A stretch of DNA of 63,723 nucleotides, counting the filler, from Collodictyon triciliatum (Eukaryota): NCBI GenBank assembly GCA_043381765.1. It is 9 parts of 9 records of this genome, joined end to end, with 100 filler letters (N's around TTAATTAATTAA, not from the genome) between each part and the next. Parts side by side here need not be neighbours in the genome. Positions count along the whole stretch, not along the records: positions 37,032 to 46,191 come from JBHJMP010003129.1; positions 46,292 to 52,320 come from JBHJMP010003130.1; 7 more parts are not named here. One strand, 5' to 3'. This document shows positions 38,152 through 50,857 of the stretch, in pieces. How positions within the stretch are numbered: the stretch's first letter is position 1; the number at the start of each line of letters is the position of its first letter. The position numbers and the translations under genes were made by a program. The notes beneath the pieces are model-generated. The model made no database searches. It had not been told where the DNA came from and saw only the letters and a list, made by a program, of their open reading frames with translations.

Positions 38152-41100
38152 TTACTCTTCGTCCAACGATTTCGACTCGCTATCAGGCTCAACAGCCATT
38201 CCGGATGCTTCACCCAGCGGATTTGCTGCCGCCGAGTGAACAGTATTGGCTCTCTACGAAACACACCATAAAAAAAAAACATAATGATGAATCTTGGTCA
38301 CTAAATATTATATGAGATTGACAGGATTCATGCTTCGGGATTGCATGAGTGTGCCACCTTGCTCACACGCAAAATGAATAAGAATATTCGTTCGAACTAG
38401 ATATGATTCAGTAGGCAAAGACTTGATGTCGACTGCTCACCACATTGCGGCCTGCCTTACGAAATTCGAATCCCAAGTGCTTCTTCCCAGCGAAAGAATT
38501 CCGACTAGAAAAAAAGAAAAATGATGGAACGAACAAATAGGGAAAAATAAACTTAAACAAAGTTGCCAGCTCGGGAAAAGAAGAAAGCTGACTCAGACTG
38601 ATACACAGGATGCAGCGACTGTCATCAAGTAAAGCAGGCGTGATACACTCTATCATGTTTGACGGTCACCTGTGCGAGTGTGAATTTGGTGTGATGTTGT
38701 GCTCCCCAAAAGAGCTCGAGTATGAATGCACGTCCTTTTTCGGCGCGATGTTTCCAGAGTACGAGGAAATGACCTCGAATGCTGGTGTGGCACCCTCTGG
38801 AATCGACAAGTCGCTGACTTGAGAACTTCGGAGGGGATGCAAGTCTTCTACGGCTAGACTTTTGTACTTTTCATCTCGCTTGATGATGTCGATTGGTGGT
38901 GTTTTCTTCACATGATGGGATGCTTCATGTATCCTTATCGGAGAAGGTGGGTCTAACTGGGCTTCTTCCAAAACACATGCTGCTCTTGGTGTAACCAACT
39001 CTAGCTGACTGAGCTGTGGCGGAACATCACCGTCAGTAGAAGCTGAATCTTTCTGCACAATCAATTGAATCTCGGTCTCAAGACTTAACTTGAGATGCCT
39101 CCATTGTGCTGCATCGGCGTGAAATTGTTGTTGGACCTTTTCAAACTCTACAATCAATCCGAGGACAAAAGGTAGAGTGCGAGTTGCTGGAAACGTTCTT
39201 TTGGAAGTAGCTTTCTCCTTGGTTGGGGTGCATGAGGAAGCCTCTTTTATTTGCACAGGACGACCTGGCGCTGGGCTGTTTGGTGAGAAGGCGTCTGATG
39301 AGTACAAATCAGCCAGTGCGGGGTTCAATGGGAGCACTGAATCGCTCTGAAACTTAGACATTATAAACGAGTCTGCCATCATCTTCTTTTTCAAGTTTGC
39401 AAGCTTCTCGAGAACTAATGCCTCTTCGGATGTACACTGAAAAGTGCGTCATGAAATATCACGTAAAGAATAAAAGAAAAATGAAAAACGAAAATAGTAT
39501 TTAGATGTGTTCTCCTGGTTGGATAGTTTTTTACTTTCTAATAACTTGGTGCATATCGGTGGCAATTCGCTAAAAACTAGAAAACCTGAATCTTCATCAT
39601 AGAGACTTCGGCATCCCGTCGAGAGTGCAAAAGGGATAGATAACTGTCAAAAGTATTTCGGAGTTCGCTATATACGAGCTGTGCAGACGTCTGTGTAATT
39701 GGAACGTCCGTTTATAAATCGGTATTAAATCTCTGTATTCAGGAAAAATCATTCATAAAATTCATACCTGCAGTTCGTTAAAAGCTCTGATAAAATTAGT
39801 AATTTGCTCATCGGCAGAACTCTCTTTCTGTATTTTATCTTCCTCTTTTGAATGCAATTTTTTGCGTCATGAGATTCATGAGGTCGTGCATTAGAGGTGG
39901 CAGTAAAGCAAAGGAGAAATACATATGATTGATTAATGTTAAAACTAGATTGTATCACGCTAAACCCTCTTCATATTTGAAAGGAATGTCAAAATTGAAA
40001 CCTTTGGAGTCAGCCTTGTTTAGAGATGCAAGATGGGCTCTAGTGTAAAAAAGAAAATTATGTGATCATCTCAATTTATGATGAAACCTGCGAAATGAGT
40101 TAAATGTCGAATACGTGATTGGTCTATTAACAGAAAAAAATAATAGAAATTCGAGGATGCCTTTACTTTTTTGAGTGAAACATTAATGTCATTTGAAGCA
40201 ATAAATATGTGAGCTCGTTGATGTGTGCCCCTGAAAGCAGAAATTTTTTTTATTTTACTTTACTTTATTTTAGTTGAGACTTGATTTGTACTGATGTGAT
40301 AAGCATTCGTTCGCTCAACAATAAACTCTTAAAAAATAAAAAAAGGAAAAAAAGACAGAAATATTGTTCTATAACCTCCGATTCACCATGAAAATATACC
40401 CTTTAGTGCCGATATCATCCACCAGGAGTGGAATTTACAAATCTTTGCATACTTTTCAGGATGCAAATAAAAATATGGGTCATATTAATTATCAATACAA
40501 TATTTATGTGGTAGCTCTCATGGCAATTGCAAATACAGTTTGTTTATTGTTTTTGATAAAATTGAAGATGAATAAATAAAATAGTATCGATATATTACGT
40601 TTTCGAGTGCAGCAAAGGTGATTCCTTTCTTTTTCAAGTCACACTTATTGGCCACTAGAAAAACTGGAACTGTGTCGAACAGAGACTCACTGAGCAGTCG
40701 GCGCCACTCATCCACAGCCTTTATGGACACGCGAATACAAAAAAAAAAAAATGTCATTACAAGCTATGGAAACCAGTGAAAAATGAAATATAGTACGCAA
40801 AGATACACCTGCATGCTAATCCGGTCAGTAACGTCGAATATTACAATTGCTCCGTCAACATCACGTAAAATCCGCTTCAAGTTCTTCCCGCGTATCTGAT
40901 TTTTTGAATATACATATATCACATTTTCATCAGTTGTCTTCCTTCCTTGAAGATAGGGGAAAGAGGAAGTAGGGTATTATATTGCAAATATAGGTAATTA
41001 TTCTGTGGAATCAAACGATTCGATTGAAAGTAAATCAGCTTAATCGGATTCTGAAAACAGTATGTGTCGCAAGTGATAAAGCTTAAATATTTGAATATGA

Positions 41101-41620
41101 AAGAATTTCGTGGTCCCATTTACCTCGGGATAGGCAACTTCTACGAAACGAATGCAGACATCGGAGTCGAAAGGGACAGGGAGATAGTCACGCGGAATTG
41201 GTCGGGTCGACACTTCACAACCGATGGTCGGAATCGTTGATGTTGGACGAAGCCCCATCAGGCGCTGTATCACAACACTTTTTCCTACACCCTTATGCCC
41301 AAGAACCTACATGAAATGCTTTATCATTGAGACTCTAATGTAGTTTGCAAACCACCTAGATGAGAAAAATGGTTGAGAGCGGTCCGTGTGCTTTGCATTT
41401 TGTCGCATGAAGATTTTAATATAAATTTATTTAATCTCTATTGAAAAAAAAAAACATAGACATCAAAAAAGTCGATTAAAAATGTAACAAGATAAAAAAA
41501 ATGCAAAATCGGTCATACGCACAAGTATCTTGAAGTCTTTCTCGTGTGAAACATAGAATCTGGTTGGTCTCTGCTCCCTGGAATCCGATGGAGGTGGCGA
41601 GACTTTATTACATGAAACAT
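38152..41620 (-). CDS. Divergent Rab-like small GTPase with long C-terminal extension, multi-exon; start uncertain, may extend to ~42160
   Basis: VLGHKGVGKS (G1), PTIG (G2), FVEVAYPE (degenerate G3), DGAIVIFDVTDR, LVANKCD (G4), WMISA (G5). Large S/P-rich exon at ~38670-39435. Probable stop after ..SKSLDEE at ~38152. Confidence 0.75.
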
Positions 41621-42925
41621 TTGATAAGCATTTATGGCTTGCCAGGCAGAAAAGAAAAAGAGAAGATTAATAATAAAAAAAAAAATAAATAAAAGAAAAA
41701 AGGGACAAAGGACAAAAGAGATTGTTGGGATTAGGGATTGTAACAATATACACTGCTTTGTAAACCCCACCTATCCACGTCCGAAAGCGAGACCAGAATC
41801 CTCTGCGCTCCGCCCGCTCTATTGAAATGGCACAATGTTTGAAATATCGGAATTGCCATGGGCTAAGAATGTAAAATAAAGATAAAATAAAAAAATAAAA
41901 AAACAAGAGAGAGAGAAAGAGAGAGACAAGGGATGTTGTGTTTCTCTGGTTTGTTTGGGACAACGGAGGGCTTACTGGGGAGATCAAAGGGCTGGCTTTC
42001 TTGAGGAAGGCTTTTCCTGTTGGATGCTGCCTGCTCTTTCGTGCGAGTGTGCAGATGCTGATCGCACGACATCGTCCTCCCAAACCTGCTTTGCTGCGTG
42101 TGATCGGTGCTGTTCGTTGTTGTGGGGTGTGTCTGTGCGATGCAAAGTCGTAGTTCATGCGCATAATCTGCGTTAGCATACTTTTTTTTGTTCGATGTAA
42201 TATTGAATTAGTGAATAATGAACAAATATGGAGTTTTTCGGATAAATGGACAATTTGAGAGGTTTGATTATTTAATAATAAAGATATGTTATATATTCCA
42301 GTAATGTACATCCAGATATGGTGCAGAGTTTCGGCGTTGTAGTTTTATGCTCAAAGAAGGCATAATCCCATTTCGTAACTTCCTTATTTGTAATGAAGAA
42401 GCAAGTTTGGAAGAGAAGATTGTGATGCATTTACCTTTTCTGTTGTGAGTGACGCCTGCACACGTGTGCTGATGAGGTTATGACGAGGCAAAGACCGCCA
42501 GTGAGCTGGTATTGCGTGTTGTGACGTGTGTTCATCAAATCTTGGTGCGCAAATGGAAGGAATCCAAGCGTAGAGAGCAACTTTTAAGGCAGGAAAGGAT
42601 AAAAAAAGCCAAGTGTGAGTGTGAGTGTAGCCATGTCTGTATCCAAGTCGGGGGCTTCAGTGCCTATATATGCGAGATGCATTTTCTTCCAGCGGCTCCA
42701 ATTCATCACAAATTAAAGCAAACTGAATTAGCAAGCACAGTTCCATTCGGTTGAAAAGGCTATGCACGATTTCACACACCCCTTTGTCTACGAAAATAGC
42801 ATAGTTAGTATCATTCCTAGACATGTATTGTGAATAACATAAAAATAACAATAACAACAACAACAACAACAACAATAATAATAATAATAATAATAATACG
42901 AACATTATACCGATCAGAAAGAAAG

Positions 42926-43513
42926 ATGGGCACACAAGCTTCGGATGGTTCTCATGTTCCGTTAGCTGGCGGAGAAATTGAAGCACGCGAGCTTATTCAC
43001 GAGCAAATAATTTGCTACCTACAATCCTCATGTATCATGACAGACAATCAAGAGCAGAACAGCAGCTTCGATGCAGTTGGGCGTGCCTTGCCTTTACGCT
43101 CGGTAAGGGAAGTCATCTTCCTAATTCGCACACACTCGCTAGCTTGTGATTCATGTCTCGGCGTTGCTATTCTGTACGCTCATAGATACATACGCACAAA
43201 AAATCTTCTCCTCACTCAGAGGAATGTCGCGCCGTTATTTTCTGTGTGTCTGGCTGTAGCAGCAAAGTGCGTGGATGATTTTGCGTTCAATAATCGCACA
43301 TTCGCAAATCTTGTGGCCCTTCCTGCCCCGCTATTTAATCTCTTGGAGCTCGAAGTTCTATCCGTGCTTCGGTTTCGTCTGGTAATCCCACATTCACGTG
43401 TAATCTCACTATTAGAGACTTTCAGATCAATATCTGTTCAGTTAGCACAAACTAATGCTTCTCTTGCTTCTCCTCCTTCGTCTGCATCATCAACTTCGGC
43501 CGAATCTTGCTAG
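42926..43513 (+). CDS. PHO80/P(U)-type cyclin, intronless
   Basis: CLGVAILYAHRY..LFSVCLAVAAKCVDDFAFNNRTFA..FNLLELEVLSVLRFRL matches the PHO80-like cyclin box. ATG at 42926. Confidence 0.88.
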   Translation: MGTQASDGSHVPLAGGEIEARELIHEQIICYLQSSCIMTDNQEQNSSFDAVGRALPLRSVREVIFLIRTHSLACDSCLGVAILYAHRYIRTKNLLLTQRNVAPLFSVCLAVAAKCVDDFAFNNRTFANLVALPAPLFNLLELEVLSVLRFRLVIPHSRVISLLETFRSISVQLAQTNASLASPPSSASSTSAESC

Positions 43514-44976
43514 TATATCATTTTCTCTATTTTACAAAAAAAAAAATTCACACTTTGCTGATCCGATCACAAACTCTAATGCTCTACGTTGATTTGATCT
43601 GATGCAAAAAACCTTTCATTGAACTTCAAAAAAAAAATCATGTTTTCCCGCATTGCTCTGCGATATATATTGTTTTCACGACTCCAATCGACGATGCCCT
43701 CGGCGAATCATTTTTAAACAAAGATAATTTACTTGAAATACAATCGTATCCTCGATTTAATTGTGCGAAGGAGTTTCGCTGCGGCTTGACTGCACTTGAA
43801 GATGCCTTTGTTGAATGCGAGGTTGTGCGATTGCTTTGTAATACCGAATATCACACGTCCTTGAATTGTTCTTAATCCCGAGGCCTGTGGTGGCGCAAGG
43901 AGGTAGCCCGTATGGTCGCTGTGGCACAAGAAGCTTCCAGAACACTCAATCCGTTTGGCATGATTTGCCCACGCTCGAAAAGGATAGACTGCTTGGGAAT
44001 GAAGAGCCCATTCGGGAAGCACGTCAAGAGGCTTGTTTCTTTATTGGTACTTGCCTACCTGAAAGAGAATCACTTGAGCGCCAACTCTAAGCGAAACTAT
44101 TACCAAAGACGAAGACACAATCCGAAAAAGTTGAAGACACACTTCCTATATAAGAATCTGGGGACGAATATGGTTGAGTTTTTTCGAAGACTTCACTGGA
44201 TAGGGCTATCCAAATCTTAAAGAGGCGGGCACTGATTGCGAAGATAGTCCCTCATAAAGAAGGAGGGATAAACCGGCCATGCAATTTTGGATGCAGCACA
44301 AGAAAATCAGGAGAATTTGTTAGCTATAGCAAGCCATGTATGGAAGCACTATCGTATCATTTTCCAGAAAATTGGGGGAATGTGGCAGTGGATGCTGCTT
44401 TTGGCAGAGAGAAGAAAATCAAATGGAGAATTTATTTATTTTGTCTGTGTGTTTGTGTGGTTATGCGTTGCTGTTTTGCAGTATTAAACAAGAAAGAAAG
44501 CAGTTGGTTGGAATTGGAGGGAATGTGGAAAGCATGTGGGCAGGCGTCTTTGTTTTTCAAGAGTTGCTTGGTCACGCCTAAAGAGAGCGCACAGCAGCTA
44601 CCAAAGACACAAAAATCTGCTTCTTCGAGCCCAAAAAACAAGCGGCAGGCAAGTCATCCACCGATTCAGAGCACAGTCGACAAGACTGCCGATACAAAAC
44701 CGTATCCCAGAAACTCCTCACCTTCTCTATTGAATCAAAAACATCCCAAAAGCATCGACATCTTTTCTCTCTTCCCAAAGAAAAGAAAGATTTTTTTTAA
44801 ACAAAAAAAAGCAAAGAGGGAGGACGAGGAAGACAGGAAACTCTGAATCTGACCCAAACAAAAACTCAACAAAAGGCAGATAAAGATCAACGAGCTTCTG
44901 GCCAACCAACGAAGAGCAAAATCACTAAACAAATCACTGCATTTCAACCCTCACAGACGCACACGCGAACTCACAG

Positions 44977-45753
44977 ATGACCACACCGACACAAACTATG
45001 GAGCTGAGCGGCCCAGACACAGAACGACTGCACCGGCAAGTTTGCAATTATCTGCGGTCCTTGACAGTACGCGGTGTGGACGAGGGTGGGATTCTAGACA
45101 CACGAGCGGCCAGCACGTTGGATGCAAGCATCTTCCACCTTGTGGAAAGCAAGCAGAGCGTGGAAGATATGCTTGAGATTGCGCATTCCTGCAGCGTAAC
45201 GAGTGGCGAGGCTGTGTGCATGGCCGTGCTCTACATGAACCGCTTCATGCACGCCACGCGTATCCCGCTGACTTCACGCACATGTCCGGTCCTGTTCATC
45301 GCCGCCTTGACTCTGGCCGCAAAGTATCTCTACGACACGCCCTACAACAACGCAACATTCGCCCGCATCGCTGCCCTCCCCACTGTCCTCCTCAACATGC
45401 TGGAGATTGAACTCCTCCGCGCGCTGCGTTTCCGTCTCCATCTCCATCCCGACCGCGTCCTCGCCCTCCGTGACGCGCTTCTCTCCCCAGAAGTTGCCCC
45501 CACAGACCCTGGCATCCCGGTTAATAGCAGTCTTAATGTCATCCGCTCTGCAAGTCCTGCTCTTGTCCACCCTGCACACCGCAGAGCCTCACGTGCTTCC
45601 CCGTCTCCGCACGCGTCTACACGGAGTGCCGCGAGTGCAGGTGCGAATCCAAATACTGATGCCGATGTTGATGCTGACCGGCCAAAGAATAATCCAGTGC
45701 AGAGGCGCTCCTTCCGGCTTAGGTCCTTCTTTTCGCGAGACTCGTCTTCATAG
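44977..45753 (+). CDS. PHO80/P(U)-type cyclin, intronless; paralog of 42926-43513
   Basis: VCMAVLYMNRF..LFIAALTLAAKYLYDTPYNNATFARI..LNMLEIELLRALRFRL, with an S/R-rich tail. Confidence 0.9.
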   Translation: MTTPTQTMELSGPDTERLHRQVCNYLRSLTVRGVDEGGILDTRAASTLDASIFHLVESKQSVEDMLEIAHSCSVTSGEAVCMAVLYMNRFMHATRIPLTSRTCPVLFIAALTLAAKYLYDTPYNNATFARIAALPTVLLNMLEIELLRALRFRLHLHPDRVLALRDALLSPEVAPTDPGIPVNSSLNVIRSASPALVHPAHRRASRASPSPHASTRSAASAGANPNTDADVDADRPKNNPVQRRSFRLRSFFSRDSSS

Positions 45754-46291
45754 ATTTTCCGATACATGCATTACTTTATGTTCACAATTCCTTCTTTTTT
45801 TTTTTGTACTATATATCTCCTGCACCGATGGTTTTATTCGTGGATTTAGACTTTTTGCTACTCCCTCGTCTTCTATTCTCCATTCGATATTAGGGGGGAT
45901 TCATAATTTCCGCTCCTTTCTCTTCGTTTTTTTTATGTGTGTGGTGAATACTTTGTCCGTGCTTCTATGTTGGATCAGTAGCTTGAGTTTGTTGATTGAT
46001 TTGGTTGTCCATTCATCATTATTCCTTTTTTTTTTCTGGCCCCATAAAAGTTCAATCTCTTTACGTGGCCATTTGACTGGCACTGTTATTGATGTGAATA
46101 AAAAAAATTGAAATAGGCAAAAAAAAAAAAAAAAGAGGGAGATTGATTGATGGGCTTTGTCCGCACACCAGGAAAACAGCCTTCATTGGGTNNNNNNNNN
46201 NNNNNNNNNNNNNNNNNNNNNNNNNNNNNNNNNNNTTAATTAATTAANNNNNNNNNNNNNNNNNNNNNNNNNNNNNNNNNNNNNNNNNNNN

Positions 46292-46420
46292 TTTTCCTTT
46301 TCCTTTTTCCTTTTCCTTTTTCCTTTTTCCTTTTTCCTTTTTCCTTTTTCCTTTTTCCTTTTTCCTTTTTCCTTTTTCCTTTTTCCTTTTTCCTTTTTCC
46401 TTTTTCCTTTTTCCTTTTTC
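46292..46420. repeat. (TTTTTCC)n microsatellite
   Basis: Read directly at a contig end. Confidence 0.92.
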
Positions 46421-46661
46421 TTTTTATTCTCTTTTTCTTTTTCTTTTTCTTTTGTTCTTTTTGTTCTTTTTTCTCTTTTCTCTTTTCTCATTTTCATACC
46501 TTTTTTCATGTCTTATTTTTCTTTTTTCTCGACGCTTCCGCCAAGCTCCTTTCATGCCCTTAAGACACAAACTCGTGTAGGGAAAACCCGGAAGGCTCTG
46601 CGTTGTCGCTGCGCATCTCGCTCTAGTTGAGAAGGAAGAAAACAAAAGTTACCGCAGAGCA

Positions 46662-49600
46662 ATGGCGTACGTCTCTCCATCCCTCTCGCAGCGCCACTTC
46701 CGACTAAACCTCCTTTTTCAACCCTTCCTTTCCGAAGTTCGCGCAACGGAATACACTAGTTTCCAACTCTTTTTTTTCAGCGCATCCAAGTGTTTGAGTA
46801 CACGGACTAAACTTTTTTTCCTTTGTCCCAATTGTCCTCCTGCGTGGCTCGATGCAGATCCGTCCGAACGCCAAACTACAAGTGGGGCCAGAGAGGCGAT
46901 TGGATCGTTCTTACTTTTGATATTCCGGACGCCTCCGAGTCCAACACAAACATCCTCTTCGAAACCGAAGGGCGCATGAATCTCTGCGTCCAGATCGATG
47001 AAAGGGTTTTAACCTCTACTATATCAATTATAGATATATACTATTTATCTCTTTATCTTTGCATAATGGCTCCCAAGGAGTTTAGTTTTCTACTTATCTC
47101 CTCGTTTGTATTGGTAACTAATGTGGTAGCAGCTGATGTTTGCATCAGTCGATTATCTTTTCCCTTATTCGAACCTGTCTATTTAATTTATGTGTATTCT
47201 ATGTAAAAAAAAAAAAAAAAAAAGAGAGAAAAAGACTCACTCGCCATTTTCTTCAAAGGCGGCGTATGGACTTGATCTGCAGTTATTCGCCCCCATCGCC
47301 GAAACGGTATCATAACACCAATCTTGCAGACATATCTTTTTCTTTAGGAAAAACTCCTTGGCTTGCATGATTTCTGTATCCAGTGCCTAAACCTATTCAC
47401 TCATTTGTTTGTGTCATAATCCATTGCCTTTGCGTGAATGAAGACGATATTTGAAAACGATTTTTTAATCGGTTGTTAAAGGAATCGTCGTGGCAAAAAG
47501 TTTCGAACAAGATAGTCGTTAGAATCAAAATGGCAAAGTCTGAAAAGTGGCCCTCTCTCCAGAAACCCGAGTTACCGAAGCCAAGAACGGAAAAGCCTGA
47601 CTTCGATATGGTCTGAAATCTACCTGCGCTATTTCTTCATTATATCCTAAATTAGTCGCAATGCCCCTTGAAATATCGTCTTATGCTCTGTGTTGATCTC
47701 TAGATGGAAATCAGCGACGATGAAAGTGATGACAATGAAGGTATTCTTCGCACATCTACCAATCAATCATTTACCATCACAATCCAATACTGATTTCAAT
47801 TTATCTCGAATAACATTCCGGTTTTCTCACAAATTTAATTTGAAATGAAGGTTTGGTGAATTCTTTTATGATTCAAGACTAATGTTTTTTTTTTTTTTGT
47901 TTTTGTTTTTTTAACTAGATATTAGGAATGTTTTGAAGGGCAGAAAGCCGTACGACCCACCGATGGAGCTGCCGAAAGAGCCTGCAAGTTTTTATTAATA
48001 TTCCAATTCATGGAAAAGAACCTTTTGACGGTATTAAAACGCAAAGTTAGGTTTATGGAACTCAATATAATATATATATATATTATTCATAGGCCTTGGA
48101 TGAAATTCTCTTTGAAAAAGTGACTTCTTTTGTTGGCTACAAACCCGATATTGGAGACTTCTTTGTCTTTTGCATGATTTGGGTGTCTGTCGCTGTGTGT
48201 CCATTCACGAAAGTTGAAGAGAGTTTCAACCTGCAAGCCATTCATGATTTTGAGTACCTTCGAACCAATTTTGACTCGGTAAGCTTCGAGTTCATTTGCT
48301 CAAATCCAAATATATCACTGTATTGTCCGTTTTCAACAAAGTTGTTCTACATATCAATTAACAGTCGAAAATGAGCGCTATTTTCCATAATTTTTTATAT
48401 AAACAAATCCCTCATTTGTTATTCTCATTCTTTCTGTTTCGCCGTGTGACACCTAGTACGACCACCACGAATTTCCTGGTGCTGTTCCGCGTTCTTTCTT
48501 TGGCGCTCTTGCTGTTTCACTTCCTCTTTCGCCATTGGCTGCCGTGTTACAGTCGTACGGAGGCTCCAAAATTGTGATGTTGATTCTGTGTTAGTTCAGC
48601 TACCATATCCTCAATTTTTTTTTTTTTTGTTGAGACATCGCACACATTTTGATACCATTTCGACTTTTGTTCAACTCATGAAATAAAATCTCCCCGTCGG
48701 CAATATAAACTTTTTCTTACGTGCAGCCAGAATGTTCCTCGGAATGTTGTCTTTGTCCGCATTGGTGTACTTTCGCATCCAGGTTTTGTTATCGATGCTA
48801 TCCCTTTTATCTTATCCTCTATATCGTCCCATACGCTTCCCTTTGGTGTTGATGAAAATTTCTTTAGATTACCAAACGCTTTGGAACTGAAGTGGGGAGC
48901 ATTTTCATGATTATATTTGCCACCCAATTTCATATGGTTTTTTACATGACCAGAACTCTGCCTAATACTTTTGCACAAATCCTTGGTAGGTTTCTAGATT
49001 CCAAGGGATATTTTTTGAAAGAAAAAGAGAAAGGATATGCGTCCAGTTATTTGAAAAACTTACCAGTGAATTGAACTCTGTTTTTTAAAACGATGCTGGA
49101 AATCTTGTTATTTTTCTCTTTCCTTCTTTTTGAACAGTTAATCTTGCGTACGCTTTCTGGTTCCAAGAAAAGTTTGAGCGGTCCTTGATGACACTGGCAT
49201 TCTGTTCGGTTGTACTTCGTAGCGAAGTTGCATTGCTGGTAAAGGCATAGAAACCCATAATATTGCCTATTCAACCCATGACTCCCATGCCTTCTATTTT
49301 TAGTTCTTTCTTTATAAAGAAACTCCTCGAAAAGATTGAAATCGACACCTCTATCAACCAAATTTTGAATTGCAGGCTTTTCCGATCATGGCTCACGGAA
49401 TTTATAAGAAGCGCACTACTATTTTAAATTTCTTCATATATGGCACAGCAGCAACAATATTGGGCCTAGGTATGAACATTTCAATCGTCAGAGTTTCTTG
49501 CTCGAATCCTTTCTGTTGAATAGTGTCAAATACAACAATATTTTGTGCGAATATGACTATTTTTTGGGAGATTCGAAAAAATGCAATAAATCTGACACTT

Positions 49601-50353
49601 AATCTTAAACTTTTGTTTGTTCTCTAGTTATCACCGTTGGTATGGATTCTTTCATGTGGAAGAGGCTGACATGGCCTGAGGGCGAGTCCTTCTACTTTAA
49701 CATCGTGGAGGGGAAAAACGTCGATTGGGGAGTAAGTACTTTCTCTTTTTTTTTCTTTTTTTTGATTTCCTGTTTTCATGCACTCCAGTAAGTGGAAAAA
49801 TGAATTGATGAGGACATTTTTTGAAGCAGGATTCATATCCTATTTTCACACTCACTTTACTTAACCCCAAGGTAATGCCATTCTATTGGTACTTTTTGAA
49901 TGCCCTTCCTCGCATACTGATGTTTTCAGCCTTTTTCATTCCTATCGTAAGTCATCAATGTCTATTTGAACCAGTTATTCCAACAATATCTTCATGCCAC
50001 ACATTTGGTTTTCGATCTTTCATGAGACAATTTCAAAGATACCAATATGCCTCTGAACAATCCAAAGTCGCATCACCAATTGCATTTTGCTACGCATACC
50101 GTTGACCCTTTTACACAGATAATTTTAATAAAGCATTTTCCCCGAATTCGCAGGGTGTTAAATACGACGCGCGCATGAGATTCATTCTTGCACCCGCTGC
50201 TTTTTACCTTGCAGTCTATTCCTTCGTGCCTCATAAGGTAACATTCCGGCTTAGAATGACATAGACTTTATCAAAATGCTCTGTCATTTTTTTTAACAAT
50301 ATAAGGAGAAGTAGTCGATTCTCCCATCGACTAAACTTCATTAATAATTTTTC

Positions 50354-50414
<61 letters not shown>

Positions 50415-50767
50415 CATTTTACTAATTCACAGGTGCATGATTAGGAGCTGCGCTTCATTTTCTATGTGATTCCTCTTCTCAACCTCGCATCGGCCGCAGG
50501 TATGACCTGGCTTTACCGAAATATGGCCAAGCGACGGAAAGAAGTTTTCGCAGCTTTCGGCGCACTAGTTTTGTGCGGGTTTCTCTCCTTCGCCTTTCTG
50601 ATTGCCTCGTCCTTCAATTACCCGGGTGGACGCGCACTCCAGACACTCCACTCCATCGAAACTCCGAAGATAAAGTCAGGTTTGCTGTTGAAAATATTAC
50701 CACTTTGGAGATTGCCGCACGTTTAATATATTTAAGTGTTTGTTGATAATGCTTAGTATTATAATAA

Positions 50768-50857
<90 letters not shown>

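Noticed and set aside
49855-49871. U12-like branch sequence (TTTACTTAAC) in an ALG12 intron
   Set aside because: The donor is the standard U2 GTAAGT, not RTATCCTT.
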